From: an uncultured Actinomycetes bacterium
GTDB lineage: Bacteria; Actinomycetota; Thermoleophilia; Gaiellales; Gaiellaceae
Direction: 5' to 3'
Length of the DNA stretch: 64,000 bases
Assembly (NCBI GenBank): GCA_963750595.1
Contig: CAVVRG010000007.1
Coordinates: 84,182-148,181 of the forward strand
In this document: positions 1 through 9,435 of the stretch, piece by piece
Layout: every line of letters begins with the position of its first letter
Numbering within the stretch: the first letter of the stretch is position 1
Made by a program: the position numbers and the translations under genes
Notes under the pieces: generated by a model
The model's input: only the letters and a program-made list of their open reading frames with translations
Databases searched by the model: none
What the model was told of the DNA's origin: nothing

Positions 1-306
1 GACGAGGGCGCGTCGTTCGAGATCGAGGCCGCGCGCGAGGCGTTCGTGCGGCTCGGCGCGACGCCGGACCTCGTGCATCTCGACGCGCTCGCCGGTGCGA
101 CGCATGCGCCGACCCACGGCCTGACGGCGCGCGAGCTCGAGGTCCTCCGCCTCGTGGCCGCAGGCAGGAGCAACCGGGAGATCGCCGCAGGGCTCGTCAT
201 CAGCGAGCACACGGTCGCCCGGCACCTCCAGAACATCTTCGCCAAACTCGACGTCTCCTCGAGGACCGCGGCGAGCGCGTTCGCCTACGAGCACGACCTC
301 GTCTGA
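1..306 (+). CDS. LuxR/GerE-family transcriptional regulator, C-terminal HTH (5' end lies outside the window)
   Basis: Frame 1 is open from base 1. '[41 protein letters not shown]' is the GerE/LuxR HTH signature. Confidence 0.8.
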   Translation, partial: DEGASFEIEAAREAFVRLGATPDLVHLDALAGATHAPTHGLTARELEVLRLVAAGRSNREIAAGLVISEHTVARHLQNIFAKLDVSSRTAASAFAYEHDLV

Positions 307-420
307 GCGCACTGGTCAGTTCTGACCACGGACGCGTCTTCGACATTGGTGGATCCCTGCGATGCGGTCGCCCCGCAGCCGTCGTACGGTCGTCGTACGA
401 CACCGAAGGAGGAGGAGGAC

Positions 421-1611
421 ATGGACGCACGGAACGCAGAGCGATTCGAGACGGTGGTCGTGGGCGGCGCGCAGGCCGGGCTCGCGACGGGCTACTACCT
501 GAGTACGCGCGGGCGGTCCTTCGTGATCCTCGACGCGAGCGAGCGCGTCGGCGACTCCTGGCGGAAGCGGTGGCCCTCGCTGCGCCTGTACAGCCCGGCG
601 GGCATGGACGGGCTGCCCGGGATGTCCTTCCCGACGTCGAAGCACTCGTTCCCGACTGCGGCCGAGATGGCCGACTACCTCGAGGCGTACGCCGCGCGCT
701 TCGAGCTTCCCGTGCGGACAGGCGTCGCCGTCGACGGGCTCGAGCGCGACGCGGACGGGTTCGTCGTGACCGCCGGCGAGCGGCGCTTCGCGGCGGACAA
801 CGTCGTGGTCGCGACCGGTGTGTTCCAGCACGATCACCCGGTCGTCCCCGACTTCGCCGCCGACCTCGACCCGGGCATCACTCAGATCCACTCGGCGGAC
901 TACCGGAGCCCCGAGCAGCTCCAGCCCGGGGCGGTGCTCGTCGTGGGCGCCGCCCACTCCGGCGGAGACATCGCGTACGAGGTCGCCGGGGCCGGCTTCC
1001 AGACGATCCTCTCGGGCCGCGATACCGGGCAGATCCCGGTCGACATCGAGAGTCGCAAGGCGCGCCTGGGGTGGCCCGTGCTGCGCTTCCTGTGGACGCG
1101 CGTCCTGACCGTCTCGACGCCGCCGGGTCGCAAGATGAAGTCGGAGATTCGCACGCACGGCGGGCCGCTCCTGCGCGTCAAGCGCGCAGACCTCGAGGCG
1201 GCGGGAGTGGAGCGCGTGCTCGAGCGAACCGTCGGCGTCGAGAATGGGAAGCCCGTGCTGGCCGACGGTCGGGTCGTCGACGCAGCGAACCTCGTCTGGT
1301 GCACGGGGTTCCGGAACGACTACTCGTGGATCCGGTTCCCACTGCCCCTCGAGGACGACGGCTACCCGGCGCAGAAGCGCGGCGCGGTCGCGGCGATCCC
1401 CGGCCTGTACTTCGTCGGCCTCCCGTTTCTGCACTCGTTCAGCTCGATGCTCGTCCTCGGCGCAGGAAGGGACGCCCGGCGCGTTGCGGAGCAGATCGTC
1501 TCCTACCCGTCCAGGAACGGCACCGGAGACGCGGAAAGTCGCACGCTCGTCTGGAACGGGACGCTCGCCGATGTCGGCGTTCCGGCGGCGTCGGGAGAGC
1601 GCTCCGACTGA
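421..1611 (+). CDS. FAD/NAD(P)-binding flavin-containing monooxygenase-like oxidoreductase
   Basis: Two dinucleotide-binding motifs (VVVGGAQAGL and VVGAAHSGGD). ATG at 421 follows a GGAGGAGGAGG RBS. The track ORF 346..1611 starts further upstream. Confidence 0.8.
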   Translation: MDARNAERFETVVVGGAQAGLATGYYLSTRGRSFVILDASERVGDSWRKRWPSLRLYSPAGMDGLPGMSFPTSKHSFPTAAEMADYLEAYAARFELPVRTGVAVDGLERDADGFVVTAGERRFAADNVVVATGVFQHDHPVVPDFAADLDPGITQIHSADYRSPEQLQPGAVLVVGAAHSGGDIAYEVAGAGFQTILSGRDTGQIPVDIESRKARLGWPVLRFLWTRVLTVSTPPGRKMKSEIRTHGGPLLRVKRADLEAAGVERVLERTVGVENGKPVLADGRVVDAANLVWCTGFRNDYSWIRFPLPLEDDGYPAQKRGAVAAIPGLYFVGLPFLHSFSSMLVLGAGRDARRVAEQIVSYPSRNGTGDAESRTLVWNGTLADVGVPAASGERSD

Positions 1612-1655
1612 GGGCGTCGCCGGGGCTCCACCGCGCCGCCCGGTACCGTGCGCCG

Positions 1656-3302
1656 ATGCGCGCACGACGCCCACCACGGGGCCGCCAGAAGCGGCCGAGC
1701 CGGTCCGAGCGCGCGCGCCGGCCGGCGCAGGCGATCCGCCAGGCAGAGCGGAACGTCGACATCTCGCTGCCCGCACGCGGCGCGCCTCCCGAGCGCGTCG
1801 TCGCGCACCTCGGCCCCACGAACTCGGGCAAGACGCACGCCGCGCTCGAGGAGCTCGCGGCGCACGGGTCGGGCGTCTACGCCTGCCCGCTCCGAATGCT
1901 CGCCCAGGAGGCGCACCGGAGACTCGCCGCCCGGGTGGGAGAGGAGCGCGTCGGTTTGCTCACGGGCGAGGAGCGGGTGAACGAGCGGGCGCCGATCGTC
2001 TGCTGCACGGCCGAGATGGCCCCGCATGCCGGCGAGCTTCTCGTCCTCGACGAGATCCAGTGGGCCGACGACGACGAGCGCGGGTCCGCATGGACGCGAC
2101 TCCTGCTCGCGGGCGAGTACCGCCAGATCCTCCTGCTGGGCGCGCTCGACGCGCTTCCCCTCGTCGAGCGTGCGTTCCCGGAGGCCGAGCTCAAGGTCTT
2201 CGAGCGGAAGCTGCCCCTGGAGTGGGTGGGAGAGCGCACGCTGCGGTCGCTCGGCATGGGCACCGTCGTCGTCGCGTTCAGCCGCAAGGCCGTGCTCGCG
2301 CTCGCGGGCGAGGTGAACCGGCTGCACCCAGGACGCGTGGCGGTCCTGTACGGCGCGATGCCGCTCGCGTCGAGGAGGGAGGAGATCGACCGGTTCCTCT
2401 CCGGCGCCGCCGACGTGTGCGTCGCCACCGACGTCCTCGGGCACGGCGTGAACCTTCCGTGCGAGACGCTCCTCTTCGCGGAGACGACGAAGTTCGACGG
2501 CGAGTAGCGGCGCGACCTCCTTCCATGGGAGATCGCGCAGATCGCGGGGAGGGCAGGGCGCTTCGGCCTCGTCGAGCGGGGGCACGTGGGCGTTCTCGCC
2601 GGCCTCGGCTGGGGGGTCGCCGAGCCGGAACTCGTACGCGACGCGCTCGAGCCGCGCGTGGCGCTCCCCGGGGGCTTCTGGGGGTATCGAGTCGTCGACG
2701 AGGCGAGGATCCGCCCGAGGCTCTCGGACCTGGGGGTCGAGGACCCTGTCTATCTGGACGCCGCGCTCGTCGCCTGGCACCGGGTCGCGCTCAGGGAGTG
2801 GGCCTTCGAGAGCTGGCTTGCGGTCGAGTCGCTCCAGCCGCTGCGCATGCGGCTCGAGGCGGTCCAGAGACGGCTCGCCGAGCGGGGACGACGTCTGTCG
2901 CTGGGCGACACATGGACGCTCGTGAGCTCGCCGGTGGACGAGGACGGGCTCGAGCTCCTGGCCAGCCTCGCCCTGGCCCTCGCGGGGGACAAGGTCGCCC
3001 GCCCGCACCTCAACTTCCTCCTCGACACGGCCCGGCTCCGCGGGGCGTCCCTGGAGGACGCGGAGCAGGCCGGGCGCGAGGCGAGCATCCTCCGCTGGTT
3101 CGCGCTCCAGTATCCGGGCGTGGGCGGTGTCACCATCGAGCGCGCCGCCGCCCTCGAGGAGGCGGCCGCGGAGCGCGTCGTCGCCCGCCTCCGCGTCGAG
3201 GTGGAGTCACCCACCCTCGGCCGTTGCCGCTCGTGCGGGCGGTCCTGCCCGCCCTGGTATCCGCTGTGCGACCGGTGCGCGGGCATCGCCGCGCGGTCGT
3301 GA
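1656..3302 (+). pseudogene. SUV3-like superfamily-2 RNA helicase with C-terminal Cys4 zinc ribbon, interrupted by an in-frame TAG at 2505-2507
   Basis: Walker A 'GPTNSGKTH', 'DEIQ' box, 'VATDVLGHGVNLP', then 'KFDGE*RRDLLPWEIAQIAGRAGRFG' (motif VI) continues in the same frame. The two track ORFs (…2507 and 2586..3302) are both in frame 0. Confidence 0.7.
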
Positions 3303-3314
3303 TATGAAGGCCTC

Positions 3315-3719
3315 GTGACCCCGGACGAGGTTCGTGCCCTGCCGCTCTTCGAGGGGCTGAGCCCAGCGGGGCTCGAACGTGTCGCTGCGCACACGGCCGA
3401 GCTCATCTGCGAGCCCGGTCAGATCCTCGCGCTGCCGGGCGATCCCGGATCGGGAATGTACGTCGTCCTCGACGGGACGGTAAGCGTCGAGATGCGGGGC
3501 GGATGGCACACGGAGCTCGGCCGCGGGAACTTCTTCGGCGAGATCGCGCTCCTCGTCCCCGAGTCCGGCCGCGTCGCGCGGGTACGCGCAGCGACGCACG
3601 TCCGCTGCCTGAGCCTCCCACGCGACGACTTCATGGTCCTCGTCGAGAGCGAGCCCTCGTTCGCGCTCAAGATGCTCCACGAGCTCGCGAGGCGTCTGAG
3701 CAACTACGCGGCGGACTGA
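3315..3719 (+). CDS. stand-alone cyclic-nucleotide-binding domain protein
   Basis: cNMP-binding signature 'FFGEIALL…RVARVRAAT'; 134 aa with no attached output domain. Confidence 0.8.
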   Translation: MTPDEVRALPLFEGLSPAGLERVAAHTAELICEPGQILALPGDPGSGMYVVLDGTVSVEMRGGWHTELGRGNFFGEIALLVPESGRVARVRAATHVRCLSLPRDDFMVLVESEPSFALKMLHELARRLSNYAAD

Positions 3720-3734
3720 TGTTGTGCGCAGTAC

Positions 3735-3799
3735 GGGGAATCCGCGGGAGCGGATCCCCCATACGCGCGAAGACCCCTGAAGGCGGCCGCTTCGTGGCC
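3735..3799 (+). repeat. dispersed element copy A: hairpin1 - GCGCGAAGACCCCTGAAGG - hairpin2
   Basis: GGGGAATCCGC-GGGA-GCGGATCCCC stem-loop, conserved core at 3765-3783, then a GGCCGC-TTC-GTGGCC stem-loop. Lies directly 3' of the cNMP gene. Confidence 0.7.
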
Positions 3800-3878
3800 T
3801 GATCGCACCTTCACCAAGCGGAGAGGTCCACGAGGGCGACGGCCGCTTCATGGCCTGGTTGCTCCGTACACTCGATCC

Positions 3879-4343
3879 ATGGCCACCTCGACCGGAACGA
3901 AGCTGATCGCCGAGAACCGCCGCGCCCGGCGGGACTACGAGCTGCTCGAGCGCGTCGAGGCGGGCCTCGTACTGTCCGGGAGCGAGGTGAAGTCCGCGCG
4001 CGACGGGAAGGTGCAGCTCGGACAGGCATACGCGGACATCCGTGACGGCGAGGCGTGGCTCGTCGGCGCGTCCATCGCCGAGTATGCGCAGCGCGGTGCT
4101 TTCGGTCACGAGCCGGACCGCGACCGGAAGCTCCTCCTGCATCGTGGGGAGATCGACTCGCTGTACGGGAAAGTGCGTGAGAAGGGCCTGACGCTCGTCC
4201 CGACGCGGATGTACTTCAAGGACGGCCGCGTGAAGGTCGAGCTCGCGCTCGCCAAGGGCCGTGAGCGGGCCGACAAGCGCAGGGTCATCGCCGAGCGCGA
4301 CGCCCAGCGGCAGATCGAGCGGGCCCTCAAGCGCCGCCGTTGA
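3879..4343 (+). CDS. smpB: SsrA-binding protein SmpB
   Basis: Full-length match to the SmpB pattern: 'NRRARRDYELLERVEAGLVLSGSEVKS…KLLLHRGEI…GLTLVPTRMYFKDGRVKVELALAKG'. Confidence 0.95.
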   Translation: MATSTGTKLIAENRRARRDYELLERVEAGLVLSGSEVKSARDGKVQLGQAYADIRDGEAWLVGASIAEYAQRGAFGHEPDRDRKLLLHRGEIDSLYGKVREKGLTLVPTRMYFKDGRVKVELALAKGRERADKRRVIAERDAQRQIERALKRRR

Positions 4344-4371
4344 CCGGCCGGCCCGGCTCGAAGCCAACGTA

Positions 4372-4440
4372 GCGGCCGCGAAGCGGCCGCCTTCAGGGGT
4401 CTTCGCGCGAGCTGGGATCCGCGGGAGCGGATCCCAGCTC
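4372..4440 (-). repeat. dispersed element copy B (core inverted relative to copy A)
   Basis: GCGGCCGC-GAA-GCGGCCGC, then CTTCAGGGGTCTTCGCGC (reverse complement of the core), then a perfect 14-bp stem GAGCTGGGATCCGC-GGGA-GCGGATCCCAGCTC. Confidence 0.7.
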
Positions 4441-4490
4441 TGCGCATGACGTAGTACGCTCGCGGCTCACCCCTACGAGGAGAGGAGGGT

Positions 4491-4955
4491 GTGTTGCGAT
4501 CGGTGACGTTGACCGTGAACGGCACGCGCCACGAGCTCGACGTCGAGCCGCGCGAGCTTCTCGTGTACGTGCTCCGCGAGCGACTCCGGCTCACGGGCAC
4601 GAACGTCGGCTGCGACACGTCTTCGTGCGGGTCCTGCACCGTGCTCGTGAACGGCGAGTCGGTGAAGTCCTGCACGATGCTCGGCGTCCAGGCGGACGGG
4701 CTCGAGGTGACGACGATCGAAGGTCTCGCGACGAACGGCTCGCTCCACGCCGTCCAGCAGGCGTTCCACGACCAGCACGCGCTCCAGTGTGGCTTCTGCA
4801 CGCCGGGGATGGTGATGGCCGCAGTGAGCCTGATCGAGAGCGGTGAGGCAACCGACGAGGACACCATCCGCCTCGGCCTCGAGGGCAACCTCTGCCGCTG
4901 CACCGGGTACCACAACATCGTCCGGGCCGTCGCCTCTGCAGCGGGGGTGAGCTAG
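4491..4955 (+). CDS. (2Fe-2S)-binding small subunit of a CoxSLM/xanthine-dehydrogenase-family molybdoenzyme
   Basis: Both 2Fe-2S cysteine clusters are present: 'GCDTSSCGSCTV' and 'QCGFCTPG…CRCTGY'. GAGGAGAGGAGGG RBS lies before the GTG start. Confidence 0.9.
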   Translation: MLRSVTLTVNGTRHELDVEPRELLVYVLRERLRLTGTNVGCDTSSCGSCTVLVNGESVKSCTMLGVQADGLEVTTIEGLATNGSLHAVQQAFHDQHALQCGFCTPGMVMAAVSLIESGEATDEDTIRLGLEGNLCRCTGYHNIVRAVASAAGVS

Positions 4956-7310
4956 ATGGCCGTCGTCGAGTCGACCGAGAGCTACGTCGGCAGCTCCGTC
5001 CCGCGAAGGGAGGATGCATCGCTCCTGCGCGGCACGGGCACGTACATCGACAACCTCACGCTCCCCGGCACGGTCTACATGGCGGTCGTCCGCAGCCCCT
5101 ACCCGCGCGCACGCATCGTCGGCGTGAGTCTCGATGCGGCCAGGGCGGCCGAGGGCGTCGTCGCCGTGTTCAGCGGCGCCGACCTCGCCGACGACTGGGC
5201 CGGCTCGATGCCGTGCGCCTGGCCGGTGACCGAGGACATCAAGATGCCGCCGCACTTCCCGCTCGCCTCCGAGGAGTCCCGGTACCAGGGTGACGGCGTG
5301 GCCGTGGTCGTCGCGGAGAGCAGAGCGCTCGCGAAGGACGCGGCCGAGCTCGTGGAGGTGGAGTACGAGCAGCTCGACTCCGTGGCCGATGTGGCGGCCG
5401 CCCTCGAGGAGGGCGCGCCGCTCGTGCACACGGACCTGGGAACGAACGAGTGCTACGTCTGGAAGCTCGAGACCGACGACGTCCAGGCTGCGATCGACGC
5501 CGCCGACGTCGTCGTGACGCGACGCTACTACCAGCCACGCCTGATCCCGAACGCGATCGAGCCTCGGGGCGTTCTCGCCCAGCCCGGTCCCACGGGAGAC
5601 ATGACCCTGTGGACGTCCACGCAGGTCCCGCACATCCTGCGCTTCACGATGCAGCTCGTCCTCGGCATCCCCGAGTCGAAGATGCGCGTGATCGCGCCCG
5701 ACGTCGGTGGCGGCTTCGGGTCGAAGGTCGACGTCTACGCCGAGGAGTACCTCGCCGTCGCCCTCGCGAACCGGCTCGGACGGCCCGTGAAGTGGACGGA
5801 GGAGCGCGCCGAGGGGTACCAGGCGACGATCCACGGTCGCGACGTGCGGCACGACCTCACGCTCGCCGCGACGAAGGACGGCACGATCACGGCCGTCAAG
5901 TCCGAGGCGCTCTGCGCCATGGGCGCGTACCTCCAGCTCGTGACGCCCGGCATCCCGCTGCTCGGCGCGTGGCTGTACTCGGGCCCGTACGCGATCCCCA
6001 ACTATTCCGTGACGTTCACGGGCGTGTTCACGAGCACGACGCCGACGGACGCGTACCGCGGAGCCGGGAGGCCCGAGGCGACGTACGTCCTCGAGCGCAC
6101 GATGGACGCGCTCGCGGCGGAGCTCGGCATGGATCGCATCGAGCTCAGGCAAAAGAACTTCATCAAGGAGTTCCCGTACGCAATGGCATCGGGGCTCACG
6201 ATCGACTCCGGCGACTACGACGCGTCGCTCGAGCGCCTGCTCGAGCTCCTCGACCTGCCCGCCATCCAGGCGGACCAGGAGGAGCGCCGGGCGCGGAGCG
6301 ACGTGAAGCAGCTCGGCGTCGGCTTCTCGACGTACAACGAGATGTGCGGCCTCGCTCCGTCGAGGATCCTCGGGGCGATCCGCTACGCGGTCGGAGGCTG
6401 GGACAGCGCGACCATCCGGTTCCAGCCCCTGGGGTCCGTGCAGGTCGTGACCGGCACGTCGCCGCACGGCCAGGGCCACGAGACCGCGTGGTCGCAGATC
6501 GTCGCCGACGAGCTGGGCGTGCCCATCGACGACGTCGAGGTCCTGCACGGCGACACCGCCGTCTCGCAGCTCGGGATGGACACGTACGGGAGCCGCTCGC
6601 TGACCGTCGGCGGGATCGCGCTCTGGAACGCCGGCCAGAAGATCATCGAGAAGGCGCGGTCGATCGTCGCGCACCAGCTCGAGGTCTCGGAGGCCGACCT
6701 CGACTTCGCGGACGGGACGTTCACCGTGAAGGGGTCGCCGGACCGGAGCATGGGCATCAAGGACGTCGCCTTCCAGGCGCACTCCGCGCACAACCTCCCG
6801 GACGACATGGAGCCGGGGCTGGAGGCGACGGCCGTGTTCGACCCGCCGAACTTCTCGTGGCCGGGTGGCGCGCACGCCGCCGTCGTGGAGGTGGACACGG
6901 AGACCGGAGATACCCGGCTCGTGCGTTACGTCGCCGTCGACGACGTCGGCAATCCCGTCAACCCGATGATCGTCGACGGGCAGGTGCACGGAGGGATCAC
7001 CCAGGGGATCGCCGCGGCGCTCTACGAGGAGGGCGCGTACGACTCCGAGGGCAACCTCATGACGACGACCATGACCACGTACCTCGTCCCGTCGGCGGCC
7101 GAGGTCCCGTCCTACGAGACGGACCGGACGCTCACGGAGGCGGACAACCCGCTCGGAGTCAAGGGCGTGGGGGAGACCGGCACGATCGCCGCCGCCCCTG
7201 CGGTCATCAACGCCGTCGTCGACGCGCTCTCGCACGTCGGTGTCACCGACGTCCAGATGCCGGCGACGCCGGAGCGAGTGTGGAACGCGATCCAGGAGGC
7301 GACGTCATGA
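4956..7310 (+). CDS. molybdopterin-binding large subunit, form-II CoxL-like (AYRGAGR active-site loop)
   Basis: 784 aa. '[19 protein letters not shown]' is present; the form-I CO-dehydrogenase motif VAYRCSFR is absent. Confidence 0.9.
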   Translation: MAVVESTESYVGSSVPRREDASLLRGTGTYIDNLTLPGTVYMAVVRSPYPRARIVGVSLDAARAAEGVVAVFSGADLADDWAGSMPCAWPVTEDIKMPPHFPLASEESRYQGDGVAVVVAESRALAKDAAELVEVEYEQLDSVADVAAALEEGAPLVHTDLGTNECYVWKLETDDVQAAIDAADVVVTRRYYQPRLIPNAIEPRGVLAQPGPTGDMTLWTSTQVPHILRFTMQLVLGIPESKMRVIAPDVGGGFGSKVDVYAEEYLAVALANRLGRPVKWTEERAEGYQATIHGRDVRHDLTLAATKDGTITAVKSEALCAMGAYLQLVTPGIPLLGAWLYSGPYAIPNYSVTFTGVFTSTTPTDAYRGAGRPEATYVLERTMDALAAELGMDRIELRQKNFIKEFPYAMASGLTIDSGDYDASLERLLELLDLPAIQADQEERRARSDVKQLGVGFSTYNEMCGLAPSRILGAIRYAVGGWDSATIRFQPLGSVQVVTGTSPHGQGHETAWSQIVADELGVPIDDVEVLHGDTAVSQLGMDTYGSRSLTVGGIALWNAGQKIIEKARSIVAHQLEVSEADLDFADGTFTVKGSPDRSMGIKDVAFQAHSAHNLPDDMEPGLEATAVFDPPNFSWPGGAHAAVVEVDTETGDTRLVRYVAVDDVGNPVNPMIVDGQVHGGITQGIAAALYEEGAYDSEGNLMTTTMTTYLVPSAAEVPSYETDRTLTEADNPLGVKGVGETGTIAAAPAVINAVVDALSHVGVTDVQMPATPERVWNAIQEATS

Positions 7311-8152
7311 TCCCCGCGCCGTTCGACTACGAGGTCGCCGAGAGCACCGAGCACGCGATTCAGCTCCTCGGGGAGCGGGAGGACGCGAAGCTCCTCGCCG
7401 GCGGGCACTCGCTCCTGCCGGCGATGAAGCTCCGCATCGCGCGCCCGGCGTGCCTGATCGACATCGGGGGGCTCGAGGAGCTCGACTACGTGCGTGACGA
7501 CGGCGACCGGATCGCGATCGGGGCGGTCACACGACACAAGGACGTCCGCGATGCCCCGCTTCTCCAGGAGCACTGCCCGATCGTCTCCTTCACCGCCGGC
7601 CAGGTCGGAGACCCACAGGTACGGCATCGCGGGACGATCGGTGGCTCGATCTCGCACAGCGACCCGGCCTCGGACCTCCCGACCGTGCTCTTCGCCATCG
7701 ACGCGGACATGGTCGTCCGAGGCGCAGGCGGCGAGCGGACGATCCCCGCGCTCGACTTCTGCACCGGCGTCTTCCAGACGGCGCTCGAGGAGGGAGAGAT
7801 GCTGGTGGAGATCCGCGTGCCCAAGCTCGCCCCCTCGACCGGCTGGTCGTACGTGAAGATGGCCCGGCGGGCGCAGGACTGGGCCACGGTCGGTGTGGCC
7901 GCGGTCGTGGAGCGCTCGAACGGAAGCATCTCCCGTGCGGCGATCGCGCTCACGAACATGGGCGCGACCGCGGTGCGGGCACGGGCCTCGGAGCAGGCGA
8001 TCGCGGACGGCGCCGGCATCGAGGAGGCGTCGAAGCTCGCCAGCGAAGGGCGGAACCCGCCGTCCGACCATGCCGCGAGCGCGGACTTCCGCAGGCATCT
8101 CGCGACCGTGCTGACACGGCGCGCGCTGGAGGACGCCTCCTCGGCGGGATAG
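7307..8152 (+). CDS. FAD-binding medium subunit (CoxM-like)
   Basis: 'LLAGGHSLLPAMKLR' FAD-binding motif. The ATG overlaps the coxL-like stop as ATGA. Confidence 0.9.
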   Translation: MIPAPFDYEVAESTEHAIQLLGEREDAKLLAGGHSLLPAMKLRIARPACLIDIGGLEELDYVRDDGDRIAIGAVTRHKDVRDAPLLQEHCPIVSFTAGQVGDPQVRHRGTIGGSISHSDPASDLPTVLFAIDADMVVRGAGGERTIPALDFCTGVFQTALEEGEMLVEIRVPKLAPSTGWSYVKMARRAQDWATVGVAAVVERSNGSISRAAIALTNMGATAVRARASEQAIADGAGIEEASKLASEGRNPPSDHAASADFRRHLATVLTRRALEDASSAG

Positions 8153-8216
8153 GCGATCCCGTGAGTCGAGACCGGGGCCGCCCGCTGCGGTGGTGCGGCT
8201 CCGGTCCTCCGCAAGA

Positions 8217-8282
8217 CCTCCGCTCGCTCACGCGAGCGGAGGTCGCGGACAACCCCTGAAGCGCGGACGCTCCGCGTCCGCG
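8217..8282 (+). repeat. dispersed element copy C
   Basis: CCTCCGCTCGC-TCAC-GCGAGCGGAGG, core TCGCGGACAACCCCTGAAG, then CGCGGACGC-TCC-GCGTCCGCG. Lies 3' of the coxM-like gene. Confidence 0.65.
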
Positions 8283-8323
8283 GCGGGCGAGGTTCGCCCG
8301 TGGGCCGCTCCACCCCTCCGGCG

Positions 8324-9361
8324 CTAGACGTACGTGAAGGTTGCGACCGGCACCGGCACGAGCGGAGCCGGCACCTGCTCGAGCGCCGTGGTGATGATCT
8401 CCTCGGCCGTGACGTCGTCCTGGAGGATCAGCCGGTGGCGGAGGACGTACGGGGCGACCTCCTGCACGTCGGCCGACGTCACGACCTCGCGCCCGCTCAG
8501 GCGTGCGTTCGCCTTGGCGGCACTCGCCAAGTGGATGATCCCGCGCGAGCTGACGCCGAGATCGACGCCCGGCAGCTCGCGGGTCTTCCGCGCGATCGCC
8601 ACCATGTAGCGTCCGACCTCCTCCGGAAGGTCGGTGCCGTCGAGCTCGACCCGGGCCTTGTCTAGGCCGACGACTCCGAGCAGCGGGCGCACCTCGCCGA
8701 GCATGTCCGGCGCGATGCCGCGGTGCGGAAGGTCGAGCATCGCGAACTCGCTGTCGGGGTCGGCGTAGTCGAGCTGGATCTTGAAGAGGAAGCGGTCGAG
8801 CTGCGACTCGGGGAGCTCGAAGACGTCGCGGTGCTCGAACGGGTTCTGCGTCGCGATGACGAGGAACGGGTCCGGAAGCTTGTGGCCCTTGCCCTCGACG
8901 GTGACCTGGCGCTCCTGCATCGCCTCGAGCAGGGCGGCCTGCGTGCGCGGGGGCGTGCGGTTGATCTCGTCCGCGAGGAGGACGTTGGTGAAGACGACGC
9001 CGGGCACGAACACCTTCTCGCCCGCGCGGATGACGTTGACGCCGGTCAGCTCGGCCGGGGTCGTGTCCGGCGTGAACTGGATCCGCTTGAACGTCGCGCC
9101 GAGCATGTGCGCGGTCGCGCGCGCAAGGAGGGTCTTCGCGCTTCCCGGCGGTCCCTCGAGGAGCACGTGTCCCCGCGCCAGTGCGGCGACGAGGAGCAGC
9201 TCGACCGCACGATCCTGGCCGAGGACGACCTTCGCGATCTCCGCCTTCGCGCGCTCGCGCAGGTCGGTGAGGTTCTCGTACGGCTCTTCCCAGATGATTG
9301 CCACGGTCCAGCCCCCTGTATCTGCGGTCCGGGCGATTCTAGCCCGTCCGGACGCGACCAT
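8324..9361 (-). CDS. MoxR-family AAA+ ATPase (CoxD-like), paralogue 1
   Basis: Walker A 'GPPGSAKTLLA', Walker B 'LLADEINR', and 'IATQNPFEH…LPESQLDRF'. Confidence 0.9.
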   Translation of the reverse strand: MVASGRARIARTADTGGWTVAIIWEEPYENLTDLRERAKAEIAKVVLGQDRAVELLLVAALARGHVLLEGPPGSAKTLLARATAHMLGATFKRIQFTPDTTPAELTGVNVIRAGEKVFVPGVVFTNVLLADEINRTPPRTQAALLEAMQERQVTVEGKGHKLPDPFLVIATQNPFEHRDVFELPESQLDRFLFKIQLDYADPDSEFAMLDLPHRGIAPDMLGEVRPLLGVVGLDKARVELDGTDLPEEVGRYMVAIARKTRELPGVDLGVSSRGIIHLASAAKANARLSGREVVTSADVQEVAPYVLRHRLILQDDVTAEEIITTALEQVPAPLVPVPVATFTYV

Positions 9362-9435
9362 CCCAGTTTTCCCCCGACCGCACTATCGGCGGAGCCCCGG
9401 CGGGCGTCAACCCCGGCGCGGGCGCGGGAGTGGGA

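Noticed and set aside
316-1776. Long antisense or alternative-frame ORFs throughout the track (for example 316..1776 -, 4473..7235 -, 1244..3307 +, 16836..18437 -, 35557..37644 -, 35727..38966 + upstream part, 55678..56388 -).
   Set aside because: They are extremely Arg/Ala/Pro/Gly-rich and overlap ORFs with clear family signatures on the other strand or frame. This is the expected stop-codon-poor artefact of ~70% G+C DNA.
2505-2507. Pyrrolysine or other programmed recoding of the in-frame TAG in the helicase.
   Set aside because: There are no pyl genes or recoding signals visible, and this lineage is not known for Pyl use. A nonsense mutation or base-call error is far more likely. It is kept as a finding only as an interrupted gene.
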